DNA from: Podarcis melisellensis
Lineage: Eukaryota
Direction: 5' to 3' (one strand)
DNA: 64,000 nt
Assembly (NCBI GenBank): GCA_964234715.1
Contig: OZ174280.1
In this document: one piece after another, positions 63,365 to 64,000 of the stretch
Position numbering within the stretch: the stretch's first letter is position 1
Layout of the letters: every line of letters starts with the position of its first letter
Translations under genes and position numbers: made by a program
Notes under the pieces: model-generated
Database searches by the model: none
Seen by the model: only the letters and a program-made list of their open reading frames with translations
What the model was told of the DNA's origin: nothing

Positions 63365-64000
63365 CTCCAGGAAAGGGGAGGGCACAGAAAAAGAGAGGAA
63401 TGAAGTCAAGCTACAACAACTCCAAAAGACAAAGGTAAGAAGCCCAGTTGGTGACTGCAACAGCTTTGAAGCACTCTGGGCCACTGCTCTTTGAACAATG
63501 CCATAGTATCTGTAAAACTAATGGAGCGAAGGGAGGCTCAGGGGCCTAGCATAGGTGCAGGATGTTGAGGCTGATAAAATTCCTTCCTGTTTAATCAGAG
63601 GATAACTAGATGTAACAGGAACTAGATTCGCAGGCAGCATATGATCCCTTTACTCTTTAGGTTTTGGTCTCCTTTCCCCAGAAAATACATGTCTAGTCAA
63701 CTTTCCCAAGCACAGGGCTATCAAAGGAAATCTACAGCATAGCTTGGTCAAAAAGGGAATGATCTGTAGGAACAATCTTGGCCTTGTGTTAAAAGGCAGC
63801 AGAAAGGCCACCTTCCAATACGTGTGCCTGCAGAAGGTGATATTGGGCTCTGCATCTTCAAGACTAGTCATTTGTGCATCCTTGGGCATACATGTGGAAA
63901 GTCAGAGAACTGGATGACTACTTTACTACCAAAATGAACAGCAGGAAGATTAGACAATAGCTCACCAACAACGGATTTTGGTGCCGACTACATGTGCATA

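Overview
Vertebrate genomic DNA from a squamate reptile, probably a lacertid lizard judging by the SINE/MITE repertoire (inference). There are no prokaryotic features. I reconstructed six intact protein-coding genes by hand from GT-AG sites and phase continuity: SNAPC2 (+, 331 aa), PIF1 helicase (-, 640 aa), CFAP144/FAM183A (+, 137 aa), EBNA1BP2 (-, 306 aa), CFAP57/WDR65 (+, 1248 aa) and TMEM125 (+, 223 aa). PIF1/CFAP144 and EBNA1BP2/CFAP57 are head-to-head on compact promoters that each carry an RFX X-box; SNAPC2 may have a similar unannotated partner. Introns hold hAT and Tc1/mariner-type MITEs, a tRNA-derived SINE, CR1 tails and a Penelope-like fragment. Main observations: a minimal type I hammerhead ribozyme in the Penelope-like fragment; a CHR/MYB/NF-Y plus X-box promoter shared by PIF1 and a ciliary gene; a TTAGGG/G4-bearing MITE inside PIF1; a candidate unannotated spliced minus-strand gene between CFAP57 and TMEM125; and a 64-bp locally duplicated segment. 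I cannot claim a wholly new biological system from sequence alone. Gene and repeat identities rest on recalled motifs, not database searches.
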